Source: a virus (Duplodnaviria > Caudoviricetes). From it: a DNA stretch of 64,000 nt. Positions 47,588 through 58,400 of this stretch are shown piece by piece. Position numbers and translations under genes: made by a program. The stretch spans positions 32,001 through 96,000 of the IMG/VR virus record IMGVR_UViG_3300025389_000014. One strand, 5' to 3'. Below the pieces are notes generated by a model. That model was not told where the DNA came from. It saw only the letters and a list, made by a program, of their open reading frames with translations, and did no database searches. Position 1 is the first letter of the stretch, and every line of letters starts with the position of its first letter.

Positions 47588-48492
47588 GCTGATGTTTCTT
47601 CAACATCGTCCGAAAGATCATCTTCGCTCTTTGGCATACGCATATTTTTATATAAGGTGGCCTGTCGAGCGATCTCATCAGCATACTCTTGTGAGTGTTG
47701 ACGTGTCATGCTAGGTGTTAATCCGTGTTCTTCTAGCATGTCATCTCGGATGTTTTGATTCTTTTTCTCTAGATTTAGAATTCGAGTGAACGAATTAGTC
47801 ACTGCCGCAGTATAATAGGCAAATGGATTCTCAGATTTGCTTTCATCGAATTGTAATCCAATTTGGCTTAATTGTAGGATGGCCTGTCCACGCATCTCAT
47901 CGATGTAGGTATAACCACGCCAGTTGCTACGCTGGGCATATCTTTCGCTGAGCTTGATAAACATCTTGCCTAGATTTTCTGTGATGCGTCCGTGATCCTT
48001 GCTGAACTTGCCAGTCTTCATCCCACCTTGCCAGTGGCTCTTACCCACACAGATCAGTTCATCTGCGGCATTGAACTTCCAATGTTGGAATGGGGGAAAG
48101 TTGACTTTGTCATGACTGTCAGCACGAGTCTTGGTAGTTTTCTTGCGACCCGGTGCCAGTGGTATATGATCGAAGGTCATGATGCGAATCACGATGTCTG
48201 TCTTGGGTATGGTTTGGTAAGCAGGAGTACATTCTGCCAATTTGATCTTTTTGTCTCCGCTGGCACGAGCCTGGGCGAATGCCTGTAGACCTATGCGTTT
48301 GGCACGGGCACGCTTGGCATCTGCTATGGTGCGGATATTGACCTTATCAAGACTAGTCAGGATGATATCGTGCTGGCTGTATTCGGCTTTGGTAAAACTG
48401 GAATATGAGCATTTGCTACGATGTATTTCTGCTAGGAGGTCTCTATTATTGAGGTATTTTACTTTTCTTGTTGAAATTGGAAGAGCTGTCAT
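47584..48492 (-). CDS. gp55: Late-transcription sigma factor, T4 gp55-like (302 aa; start re-called at ATG 48492)
   Basis: YLNNRDLL, NWRGYTYIDEM, FDESKSENPFAYYT....SF.R.L..EKK motifs and canonical 55-47-46 synteny. Confidence 0.9.
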   Translation of the reverse strand: MTALPISTRKVKYLNNRDLLAEIHRSKCSYSSFTKAEYSQHDIILTSLDKVNIRTIADAKRARAKRIGLQAFAQARASGDKKIKLAECTPAYQTIPKTDIVIRIMTFDHIPLAPGRKKTTKTRADSHDKVNFPPFQHWKFNAADELICVGKSHWQGGMKTGKFSKDHGRITENLGKMFIKLSERYAQRSNWRGYTYIDEMRGQAILQLSQIGLQFDESKSENPFAYYTAAVTNSFTRILNLEKKNQNIRDDMLEEHGLTPSMTRQHSQEYADEIARQATLYKNMRMPKSEDDLSDDVEETSA

Positions 48493-48518
48493 CTTTTTAT
48501 TATTATCCTTATGTACTA

Positions 48519-48546
48519 AGTGTAGCACAAAAAATACAGTTGTCAA
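48519..48546 (-). promoter_or_regulatory. Sigma70-type promoter for gp55
   Basis: TTGACA-N16-TACACT with an extended -10 TG. Confidence 0.7.
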
Positions 48547-48550
48547 CCTG

Positions 48551-48587
48551 GGTAAATAAAACTAGTAGTTTATTTATCGGGTAAATA
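48551..48587. promoter_or_regulatory. Cluster of three late promoters: + GGTAAATA 48551-48558, - GATAAATA 48571-48578, + GGTAAATA 48580-48587
   Basis: Direct motif reading at the divergence point between gp55 and the baseplate operon. Confidence 0.7.
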
Positions 48588-48606
48588 CTATATCAGAGGA
48601 AAATAA

Positions 48607-49350
48607 ATGTCATTGTTAGACTTAGTAGGTAAAACAGGATTAACCGGACTCCAGAGATTTTTAGGAGGTGATAAATCCACATCTAGGTTGCCTAATGTGA
48701 ATTTCTATGATCGTACGGGATCTCAATTAAAAAGTGATCACAGAGTACGCATACAGGTTCCCGATAGCTATGTCGCAGGAACATATACCAGTGGAGGCAC
48801 TAGCTCTATCCCACCTAAGGTTCTAACCAATCTAAAAGGCATTGTATTCCCTTATACCCCAACGATCAATGTAGAACACAAGGCCGATTATAGTCCTATG
48901 CAGGTCACACACAGCAACTTCCAACAGAATTTTTACAGACACAGCAGTGTAGGAACGATCACGGTCACAGGACAATTCAGTGTACAGAACGACAGTGACG
49001 CTGAAATATATCTATCAACTGTACACCTATTAAGAGCATTGACTAAAATGAGCACCGGCCTAGATGCTATTCCAGGTAGTCCACCTCCTGTTTGTAGACT
49101 GTTTGCCTATGGAGAGTGGATGTTGAATAATGTTCCAGTGGCTATTACTAGCTTCCGTACTGATTTGCCAGACAAGGTAGACTACTTTGCTCTGTCTAGC
49201 ACAAACACTACATTTAAGAATGACACTATGGTTCCTACACTGTCGTCAATCACAGTGGCCATGATGCCTATGTACAGTAGGGCCGAACAACAGCAATTTT
49301 CAATCAAGGATTGGTTGGCTGGCAATCTTAACAAGAACGGATATCTATAA
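48607..49350 (+). CDS. Baseplate/tail-tube initiator protein (gp48/gp54-like)
   Basis: GIVFPYTPTI, HSN, G.PPPVCRL.AYG...NNVPV.I.SF...LP..VDY; first gene of the baseplate operon. Confidence 0.65.
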   Translation: MSLLDLVGKTGLTGLQRFLGGDKSTSRLPNVNFYDRTGSQLKSDHRVRIQVPDSYVAGTYTSGGTSSIPPKVLTNLKGIVFPYTPTINVEHKADYSPMQVTHSNFQQNFYRHSSVGTITVTGQFSVQNDSDAEIYLSTVHLLRALTKMSTGLDAIPGSPPPVCRLFAYGEWMLNNVPVAITSFRTDLPDKVDYFALSSTNTTFKNDTMVPTLSSITVAMMPMYSRAEQQQFSIKDWLAGNLNKNGYL

Positions 49351-49652
49351 TGGCAGCGACCTACGGAAAGACCAGTCCTTATTATTCAACATCCCAAAAC
49401 AACGGATATCTCGATGTTATCTCATTTAGGGATATACCTGCCAGTACAGATGATCTCCTATATCAATTAGATAAAAAATACGAATATAGGCCCGAACTAC
49501 TGGCCTATGATGCCTATGGAGATGTAGACCTATGGTGGGTATTTGCTGTCCGGAACAAAAACATCATACAGGATCCTGTTTTCGATATGGTCGCTGGATT
49601 AAAAATTTACCTACCAAGTCTGCCCAGTCTACAAGCCGCATTGGGGATCTAG
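49350..49652 (+). CDS. Baseplate wedge protein, gp53-like (LysM-like)
   Basis: YEYRPELLAYD.YG...LWWVFA.RN...DP.FD...G..IYLP. Confidence 0.8.
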   Translation: MAATYGKTSPYYSTSQNNGYLDVISFRDIPASTDDLLYQLDKKYEYRPELLAYDAYGDVDLWWVFAVRNKNIIQDPVFDMVAGLKIYLPSLPSLQAALGI

Positions 49653-52600
49653 ATGGCAGATAATAGTAGTTATCTTTCGAACATACAGGCTCTTCAATCA
49701 GCATTGGCCAAAGTAGACCAGAACAGCGTGGCTGGTCAAGCTATAAAATCGCAGATCGCTTCTCTAGCTGAACAACAGGTATCTGCTAGATCTACGTCTC
49801 GAGATAAAGGAGACACAGTTGAAAGAAAAACGCCCGGTACAACTAATACCACTGCCGCTGTATCGTCCTCTACGGTATATGGTTCTAAAGAAGTCAACGT
49901 CCTATCTAAGTACAGATCCTATACCTACAGATTTACCCTAGCCTGTCTGACCAAAGATCAACTCAACGACCCTAAGACCTATAATCAAGGCAACAAGTTA
50001 GATCGAGTTATATTGAAATCTGGAGGAAAAGGACAAGGTGCAATCAATGGCAACGATGCTATCAAGAGCCAGATTACTGCCAACAACAATCTATTGAATG
50101 CCGTCGAAGTCAGTCCGGAAGAAACTGATAAGGCCACAAAAAATATAGAAAAATTGAATTCCTATTCCAAGTTGGTAGCAGATTTTAATCAATACAGTGC
50201 AGGACGATTTGACATGTTCATAGAAAATGTCCAAGTAGAAAGCATGGCAGCATTTACAAAAGCCTCCAATGCTACCTTGCCTACTCGTTTATCGTTTGAG
50301 GTCATAGAACCTTATAGTGTCAATGGATTCCTAGAAGCTCTATCTGCTGCCGCATGGACTGCAGGATGGACTACCTATATCGAAGCTCCATATGTGCTCT
50401 TAGTAGAATGGATAGGATACCCAGATACACCGGGTATTTCTAATCCCGTGGTGCTAAATGAAAATCGATATTTTACTATCAGATTCAATGCCATGGATAT
50501 GTCTATCACTGAAAACGGCACGGTGTATAAATGTGAAGCCTATCCGTGGAATGAACAGGTGCATGGAATCACAGGAAAACTGATAGGAAATACTTCAGTA
50601 GAGGGAGATACGGTCGGTGAAATACTGTCAAATCTAGCCATAGCGTTTAACAAACAGCTAGATGTAAATAGAGAACAGACTAAAAAAGAAACCAGCCAAG
50701 CGATACAACTACATGATCTCATCGATGTAAAGTTTGATACTTTTGATAGCAAGGGCAACCGCGTCAAAGATACAAATACTTTGATAGGCCAATATGATGT
50801 CAATAATGAAATAGCCAAATCGGAACTGTACAATTCTAATGATGCTAGGCAATATGCCATGCTAGACCCACAGTCTCAAACATCCAACGAACCAAATTAT
50901 CCCGATGTCAATGCTAAGAACCGCATACAGATCAGTGCCGGAACAGATAAAAAATCACAGATACAGTTCAGCTTCAACACTGATTTTAGGAACATCATAG
51001 CAGAAGTAATAGTCAACAGCCAATATATAAGGTCAAAGTTAAAAGACATGGATGGCAACGGTGGCAAAGAAAGCGTTGATGCTAACGCTATGGTTGATTA
51101 TTTTCTAATAGGAACTGAAACTGAAGAAATCAAGGAACGGGATGAACTACGGAATAAACCCCTGCGCAAACATATTTTTAGGATCAGTCCTTATAAGATA
51201 CATCGTGGTAAATTCCCTGGATTTGCTAAACTACAACAGAGTCTCCAAGATCTGCAAAAAATCAGTTGCCGTTCCTACAATTATATCTATACAGGAAAAA
51301 ATACAGAAATACTAAATTTCAAACTAGAATACAATTATCTATTTTATGAGGCTATTCCCAAAGCCTCGGGCGTGACTGATTCTCCTAAAACTAAAAATAC
51401 CGCACAGCCTGAAAATGTCACCAATCCGACAGAAACTGGTCAACAGCAAACCGAAGCCACGAGAGACAGACGATTGGCCGTAGATTCTGCTCCTGTATCT
51501 ACTACAGCAGAAGATCCTAAGAGCAGTGGACCTGCAGGCAGGAATGCCGTCCAGGCACAGGGAGATCCTTATCAGGCCATGGCTGAAAATCTGCATCGTG
51601 CTCTTGTGGACCCAAAAGCCAGCATGATTTTGGCTACAATAGATATCATGGGAGATCCTTTTTTCTTAGTCACGGGGGGTATAGGCAACCAATCTAAAAC
51701 CGATGGTACCAACAGCGGTGTAGGACCCACACAGGCCAATCACACCTATGGTCAATTGATAATCGACATAAGATTCCAAAATCCTCAAGACATAGGTTCT
51801 AATGGATTTATTACCTATAATCCCAAAAACAACAGTCCCTTCCATGGTGCTTACGGAGTGACAAAGATCACCAGCACTTTTAGGGATGGCACATTTAAAC
51901 AGAATTTAGAACTATTTAAGATAGCAGGGCAAGATACTACCAATACCATACAACAATTAGAAACTGATCGAGGAATCACTGAGACAGCAGACAGTGCTAG
52001 CGAGACAACAAATGATGCCAGAGATAAATCTACGGAATCTGTACCTAGTACTGGCATTCCTATATCTGCTTTCAAATTAGGAGCGGTTAGTCCATCTAGC
52101 AATTACGCCAATATCTCTGGAGGACTTGGTCAAGGTCCTTTGACACAGGCCTTTGGTGCTGTGACAGACGGCGCGGGGAAACTTACCGCACAGGCCAATA
52201 TATACGGCAATGCCATCCTGGGGGGAACACCGTCTCCTATAATAAATTTTTATCCTTCTCAGGTATCTTCTAAAATAGATTCAACGATAGCCAACATACA
52301 GGGAAATGCAAATCGATTATTTCCAAATTATATTCCTAATCCCGATTTACGATTATCTGGATTGACAGGGGGGGCTGTTGGTAATGCCCAGTCGTACCTA
52401 CAGGCAGTGTCGAATACAGTACCGACGAATATCAACCTATCTCAACTACAATCAGATGGATTGAGTTTTAGGAATCTAAAAGATTTTAGTAATATACCCC
52501 CAGGCCAACCAAAAACGGTAGCAGATAATCCGGAAAGCTCATTAAGTATCGACGAACAACAGATAGTGGCCAAGGGTGGTATACAAGGTCTAGCAGATGC

Positions 52601-52712
52601 CCGAGGAGTTGGACTTTCAGAATTGTCAGCTAATCTTAAGAAAGAAGCCACAGCTATCGTTGCTAGAAACAATAAGATCAGTCCTTTGATAAAATTTATA
52701 AGACAGGAATAG
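49653..52712 (+). CDS. Baseplate hub protein (gp27/tail protein D-like) with low-complexity extensions
   Basis: N.L..YRSY.Y.FTL, EPYS, YNYIYTGKN.EIL.F, I.GDPFF and Y.V.KI.S.F..G.F.Q.L motifs; located before gp5. Confidence 0.6.
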   Translation: MADNSSYLSNIQALQSALAKVDQNSVAGQAIKSQIASLAEQQVSARSTSRDKGDTVERKTPGTTNTTAAVSSSTVYGSKEVNVLSKYRSYTYRFTLACLTKDQLNDPKTYNQGNKLDRVILKSGGKGQGAINGNDAIKSQITANNNLLNAVEVSPEETDKATKNIEKLNSYSKLVADFNQYSAGRFDMFIENVQVESMAAFTKASNATLPTRLSFEVIEPYSVNGFLEALSAAAWTAGWTTYIEAPYVLLVEWIGYPDTPGISNPVVLNENRYFTIRFNAMDMSITENGTVYKCEAYPWNEQVHGITGKLIGNTSVEGDTVGEILSNLAIAFNKQLDVNREQTKKETSQAIQLHDLIDVKFDTFDSKGNRVKDTNTLIGQYDVNNEIAKSELYNSNDARQYAMLDPQSQTSNEPNYPDVNAKNRIQISAGTDKKSQIQFSFNTDFRNIIAEVIVNSQYIRSKLKDMDGNGGKESVDANAMVDYFLIGTETEEIKERDELRNKPLRKHIFRISPYKIHRGKFPGFAKLQQSLQDLQKISCRSYNYIYTGKNTEILNFKLEYNYLFYEAIPKASGVTDSPKTKNTAQPENVTNPTETGQQQTEATRDRRLAVDSAPVSTTAEDPKSSGPAGRNAVQAQGDPYQAMAENLHRALVDPKASMILATIDIMGDPFFLVTGGIGNQSKTDGTNSGVGPTQANHTYGQLIIDIRFQNPQDIGSNGFITYNPKNNSPFHGAYGVTKITSTFRDGTFKQNLELFKIAGQDTTNTIQQLETDRGITETADSASETTNDARDKSTESVPSTGIPISAFKLGAVSPSSNYANISGGLGQGPLTQAFGAVTDGAGKLTAQANIYGNAILGGTPSPIINFYPSQVSSKIDSTIANIQGNANRLFPNYIPNPDLRLSGLTGGAVGNAQSYLQAVSNTVPTNINLSQLQSDGLSFRNLKDFSNIPPGQPKTVADNPESSLSIDEQQIVAKGGIQGLADARGVGLSELSANLKKEATAIVARNNKISPLIKFIRQE

Positions 52713-52715
52713 CAA

Positions 52716-54956
52716 ATGGGACGCGATTATTTTGGAGTAGAAAGTGGACCAGGACCGGGGCCTTACCTAGCTGAGGTGGTGAATCACCTCGACTCGACCT
52801 ACATGGGAACTATTGAGGTAGCTCTATTGAATAGAATAGCTACTACAGATATATCACTTAAATCTACTACATTTACTGTTAGATATATGAGTCCGTTTGC
52901 CGGAGTGACCAGTGCCAGATTCCAAGGTAATAACTCTGGTGACTTCAACGATGTACAAAAGAGTTATGGCATGTGGATGGTACCGCCCGATGTTGGTACT
53001 ACAGTGATGGTGATTTTTCCAGAAGGAGCAGGTATTGGCTACTGGATAGGGTGCGTACCTGACATGTATCAGAATCATATGATGCCTGGTATAGCTGCCA
53101 GCCAAAATGTAGCCATGACCACAGCACAAGAGCAAAAATATGGTACCAGATATCTTCCTGTGGCAGAATTCAATAAAAAGACCAATGACGGTAACAATCA
53201 AAATATATCTAAGAGGCCCAAACCTGTACACCCGTTTGCAGATAGACTACTAGAACAAGGTCTACTACTAGATACAGTTCGAGGAGTCACTTCTAGCAGT
53301 GCTCGTAGAGAAATACCTAGCCAGGTATTTGGTATCAGTACCCCCGGACCTGTTGATACGTCTGATGGCGCACCTAAAGGTAAGATTGGATTTGATGGTA
53401 ATAAAGTATTCCCAGTCAGCAGACTAGGGGGATCGACATTTGTCATGGATGACGGTGATCAGTCGGGTCAGAATGAACTGGTTAGGATCCGCACTCGAAC
53501 AGGACATCAGATACTCTTACACAATTCAAGCGATTTAGTCTACATAGCCAACAGCAAAGGTACTGCCTGGATAGAACTAACCAGCGCCGGCAAGATAGAT
53601 GTCTATGCTGAAGATAGTGTCAGCATACATACCAAAGGAGATTTTAATCTGCGTGCCGATAGAGATTTCAATCTAGAAGCTGGTCGTAATTTCAATATCG
53701 CCGCAACTAAAGATTTTAATCTCAACATTGGACAGAATTCAAACATAATAACTGATACTGTTAAAATTAGTGTAGCTGGGGACTATAATCTAGGAGTCAC
53801 TGGATCTATCATCATGGCTGCAAACGCTAATATCAGTTCGTCAGCTGGTGCAGAAAATAAAATTTCTGCTAGCGGAAAATTAAGTCTAGCCGGTGCCGCT
53901 GTGACCGTAGGAGCTCAAGGCAAATTATCTGTAAGTGGTGCTAGCCTGGTAGCATCCGCAGGTCGTATTGATCTAAATGGACCTGCAGCCGATAGTCCAT
54001 CAACAGCTGATTCTCCGGTGGCTCCTTTAGGATTGTCGCTGTTTAAAAATCCACAGCGTGTTGGCGGAACTGCATGGAGCAACGGTGCGTTCTACAAAGG
54101 GGATCCTATCGTTTCTATAATGCAAAGAATCCCTAGCCATGAGCCATGGGATCAACACGAAAATATCAATCCAACTCAGTTTAGTCTAGAAAGGACTGAC
54201 AGCACCATAACCCCTACAGAAACAGCCGCCAACGGTTCTGTGATTGAAGGTCAGCCTAGTGCCAACACTCCGTATCCTGCGAGAAATGGCCCCGCCGGTG
54301 ATCGAGGCACGGTACAAGGAACTCCATTCTCATGGACCACTGATCAACCATTCCTTACTAAAATAAAAGAAGTGTGTGGTAGGTTGGGATTTGATCCACT
54401 GGACCTGATAGGGATCATGTATCTAGAATCAGCAGCCAGTATGGATCCTGCTAACCCTAATGGTAAGGGATATTATGGCCTGATACAGTTTGGTGGTCCA
54501 GCCGCGCAGACACTGGGAACAACTACCAGCGCATTAGCCGCCATGACTCGTGTAGGCCAGATGGATTATGTAGAAAAATTCTTCAAATATTGGGGATGGC
54601 CAAATAAAAAATGTCCAAACCCCACTATAGGAAATATCTATATGACCGTGTTCTTACCTGCTTTTAGATTCTATGCCCCAGATCAGATAGTGTGTAGTGC
54701 TAGCGACCCAGCCACTGCCGCTTATTATAAAGGCAATCCAGCATTTGATCCTAGTCCTAAAAAAGGTTATATCACTCCTGCTATGGTAGCAGAAGCCGCT
54801 CTAATACAAAAACGTGCGGCTCTCCAATGTCTGGCCAATGCCGGTGTAGGTCCTGATTTAGTCGTGCCGACTGCTAACACAACTAATCAAGTGGTATCCG
54901 GAACTGGAATACCGGTGACCACTGGCTCAGGAACACCGCTAACTACAGGAAAATAA
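52716..54956 (+). CDS. gp5: Baseplate central spike, gp5/VgrG-like, with a C-terminal lysozyme/SLT-like domain
   Basis: OB-fold SYGMW.VPPDVG..V.V.F, FVMDDG...RIRTRTGHQI, beta-helix repeats, PSHEPW, then IMYLES...NP....YGLIQF. Confidence 0.8.
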   Translation: MGRDYFGVESGPGPGPYLAEVVNHLDSTYMGTIEVALLNRIATTDISLKSTTFTVRYMSPFAGVTSARFQGNNSGDFNDVQKSYGMWMVPPDVGTTVMVIFPEGAGIGYWIGCVPDMYQNHMMPGIAASQNVAMTTAQEQKYGTRYLPVAEFNKKTNDGNNQNISKRPKPVHPFADRLLEQGLLLDTVRGVTSSSARREIPSQVFGISTPGPVDTSDGAPKGKIGFDGNKVFPVSRLGGSTFVMDDGDQSGQNELVRIRTRTGHQILLHNSSDLVYIANSKGTAWIELTSAGKIDVYAEDSVSIHTKGDFNLRADRDFNLEAGRNFNIAATKDFNLNIGQNSNIITDTVKISVAGDYNLGVTGSIIMAANANISSSAGAENKISASGKLSLAGAAVTVGAQGKLSVSGASLVASAGRIDLNGPAADSPSTADSPVAPLGLSLFKNPQRVGGTAWSNGAFYKGDPIVSIMQRIPSHEPWDQHENINPTQFSLERTDSTITPTETAANGSVIEGQPSANTPYPARNGPAGDRGTVQGTPFSWTTDQPFLTKIKEVCGRLGFDPLDLIGIMYLESAASMDPANPNGKGYYGLIQFGGPAAQTLGTTTSALAAMTRVGQMDYVEKFFKYWGWPNKKCPNPTIGNIYMTVFLPAFRFYAPDQIVCSASDPATAAYYKGNPAFDPSPKKGYITPAMVAEAALIQKRAALQCLANAGVGPDLVVPTANTTNQVVSGTGIPVTTGSGTPLTTGK

Positions 54957-54959
54957 ATA
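54952..54959 (+). promoter_or_regulatory. Late promoter overlapping the gp5 stop, 4 nt from the gp25 ATG
   Basis: AATAAATA-CCTC-ATG. Confidence 0.55.
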
Positions 54960-54963
54960 CCTC

Positions 54964-55437
54964 ATGCCATATAAAAATATTGAACTTAATATACCCAATG
55001 CCATCAACGAGGTTGCGGTCAAAACTGACCATTTCTATAAAGGATTCAGCAGTGTCGATAATAGCAATAAGAATTCTAGTCTCTATGATTTTGACCTCAT
55101 CAAACAGGATATAATCAATAATTTTAATACTCGTCGAGGTGAGCGATTGATGAATCCCACCTACGGTAGTGTCATATGGGACCTCTTGATGGAGCCATTG
55201 ACTGAAGATGTGCGACAGGTATTGTCAGAAGACATAACCTCGATATGTACCAGCGATCCTCGAGTAACTCCCTTACAGATAGATATTACAGAATATGAAC
55301 AGGGATATCTATTAGAATTAACTCTACAGTTGGTAAATCTAAATCAATCGTCTAAATTAAAATTGACCTTTGATCAAAGTATAGGTCTTACTGTATCACA
55401 AACACCGGTGACCAGTGTTAATTATACACCAGGTTAA
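54964..55437 (+). CDS. gp25: Baseplate wedge subunit, T4 gp25-like
   Basis: LIKQDI.N.F.TR.GER.MNP.YGS.IWDLL.EP and DPRV. Confidence 0.9.
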   Translation: MPYKNIELNIPNAINEVAVKTDHFYKGFSSVDNSNKNSSLYDFDLIKQDIINNFNTRRGERLMNPTYGSVIWDLLMEPLTEDVRQVLSEDITSICTSDPRVTPLQIDITEYEQGYLLELTLQLVNLNQSSKLKLTFDQSIGLTVSQTPVTSVNYTPG

Positions 55438-55443
55438 TGTGCT

Positions 55444-55451
55444 AATAAATA
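55444..55451 (+). promoter_or_regulatory. Late promoter (AATAAATA) upstream of gp6
   Basis: TAAATA at 55446-55451. Confidence 0.6.
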
Positions 55452-55470
55452 CGCTATCTAAAAGAAAACT

Positions 55471-58400
55471 ATGACTATTCCAGCTACCAATTCTAAACTA
55501 CTAGTGGCCGAAGATTGGGTTAAGATATACCAATCCTTCCGCAACGCAGATTTTCAGAGCTATGACTTTGAAACACTGCGCCGTAGCATGATCAATTATC
55601 TACAACAGACCTATCCAGAAGATTTTAATGACTATATAGATTCTAGCGAATATATGGCTTTGGTAGAGTTAATTGCATATCTAGGTCAAAATCTCAGTTT
55701 CCGCATTGATCTCAATGCTCGTGAAAACTTCTTAGAAACAGCACAGCGCCGTGACAGTATATTAAGACTAGCACAATTAGTCAGCTATGTACCTAAAAGA
55801 AATACACCTGCTACAGGACTATTAAAAATTGTAGGTATTGCTACTACTGATAATGTATTTGACAGTAATGGAAATAATCTAGCCAATACACAGATACAGT
55901 GGAATGACGCTACCAACTCTAATTGGTACAGTCAATTTATTACGTTATTGAATTCTGCCATGAGTGGCGGATATGCTTTTGGTAATCCTAGAGGTAGGGA
56001 CACCATCGGTGGTATTCTCACAGAAGAATATCGATTTAATAGCAGTAACACTGATGTTCCTGCTTATGCCTTTTCTAAGTCTGTTAGTGGAGTTAGTACA
56101 GCGTTTGAAATCATACCCGCTACATTTTTAGGAAAAACCTATGTATACGAACAAACACCAATTCCTGGTAATTCTCTCAGTTTCCTATATCAAAATGATA
56201 ATAATGGATCAGGTAGTGCTGGTACAGGATTTTTTTTATTGTTCAAACAGGGATCGTTGAATGCGGTCAACTTCAATATAGATACTCCGGTGCCTAATGA
56301 AATTGTTGGAGTTAATGCTTCTAACATTAACAACACAGACGTTTGGTTATGGCAGTTAGATGCTAATGGTAACTATTCGACCCTATGGTCTCAGGTTCCT
56401 AATATTACAGGTAACAATGTAATCTACAACAATTTGAATCAACAGACAAGAAATATCTATAGTGTGCGCACCAGAGATCAAGATCAGATCGATTTGAATT
56501 TCGCTGACGGTAGTTTTGGCAATCTTCCTAAAGGTCAATTCCAATTATTTTATCGCGTTAGCAACGGATTAAGTTATTCTATCACGCCTTCACAGATGAG
56601 CGGCATAGCATTAAAAGTTCCTTACTACAATAAATCTGGTCAAGCTCAGACATTAACGTTGACACTGGCTCTACAATATACTGTCAGTAATGCCGCTACT
56701 GCCGAGACCAATGCTAGCATACAGACTAATGCACCTCAGGCCTATTATACACAGAATCGTATGATCACAGCCGAGGATTATAATATAACTCCGTTAACAG
56801 TCAGCACTAATATACTAAAGATAAAAAGCGTGGCTCGTACAACCAGCGGATTAAGTAAGTATTTTGATCTCAGCGACATAACAGGAAAATATAGTTCAAC
56901 CAATATTTTTGCTTCAGACGGTATACTATATAGATCGCAACATGAAGAAAACTTCCAATTTACGTTCACTAGCAAAAATGATATATTCGTTGTCATTAAA
57001 AAGCGGATCGAACCTCTATTATTAAATCCAGGTCTGAGATCATTTTATCTAGATAAATGGCCTCGTGCATTGATGAGTGATTTTAATTTCCACTGGCATT
57101 TGAGCAACAGTGTTGCTGGACAGAGTCAAGGCTATCTGTATGACGCCAATAATAATGGTGCTCCTCAATCTCTGGGATCATACGCTAATAATAATCTAAT
57201 CTATGCTATACAGGGTGCCCTGTTACAGTTCGACAATGGAACCTGGACCACGATCAGTCAAGTTGTGGGAGATGGTTCTAACGGTGGGTTAGGAAATCTC
57301 GACAATGGGCAAGGACCTTTGATATTGAGTTCTGTGGTACCCGACGGTGCCCTGCTCACACAGATCATACCTGTATTTGTCAACAACTATACCTATGCCT
57401 TTGAATCACAGTTAGTGAGCCTCTGTCTAAATCAAAGAAATTTTGGATTGACGTTTGATACGGTTTCTAGAACCTGGGCTATCATCACTGATACCAATCT
57501 GGATCTGTCTAGTCCTTTCAGTCTAGATCATCATAGAAATTTAGAAAATCTTAATCTAGATGCTAGCTGGTTGATATCATTCAGTTGGATAGGTGATGCC
57601 TATAAGGTCCGATATAGATTTATAGACTATGTATTTGAAAGCGAAAAACAAACAGCCTTTTATGTAGATAAAACCAAAACGAATTATGATTTCACTGATA
57701 ACAAGGTTATCAAAGATCAGATTGATATACTATCTATCAATGCACAACCTAACAACAGTTCTTCGGGTATAGGTCAAGACCTAATTTGGCAGATTGATGA
57801 TTCTATCGTACAACCAGATGGATACATTGAACCTAAGCGTGTCAAGGTAAGTTTTTATGAAAATGTTCAAACAAAACAGATAGACAATCCGGATGCCTTT
57901 GTTGACATAGTTGGAACCAATACTAATGCTGTCTATGATGCTGCCGGACTAGCTTTTATACCTAACTACATCTATTTCCAATTGGCCAGTGATGGGGTCA
58001 CTTATCAGCTCTATACTGGCACAGTAAACGGCAATTATGCCACTCCTAACGATGCCGCATTTGCTATCAATAATGAATTGATATCTGCACAATATGGAGA
58101 TCTATTTTATTTCTATGACCCCGGCTACGATGTAGTCAAGAGTTATACACCTACGGCGATCAATTCCTTAGATCCTTGGACCTATGAATACAGATACAGA
58201 GCCTATCCTGGCAGATCTGGATTAAAATTCCATTACACTCACAATACCGGAGAAGAAGTAAGGATAGATCCTGCCAAGAGTAACATCATAGATATCTATA
58301 TATTAACGTCTGAATATGATACAGCATTTAGGAATTGGTTGATTTCTGGAGTAGGTACACAGCCAAGTCTTCCGACCAGTGCCAGTCTCGAAAGCAATTA

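Noticed and set aside
16779-48546. ORF-track starts at 17378, 32095, 36148 and 48546
   Set aside because: These extensions run across promoters or terminators. Downstream ATGs at 17282, 32068, 36088 and 48492 fit the SD/promoter context.
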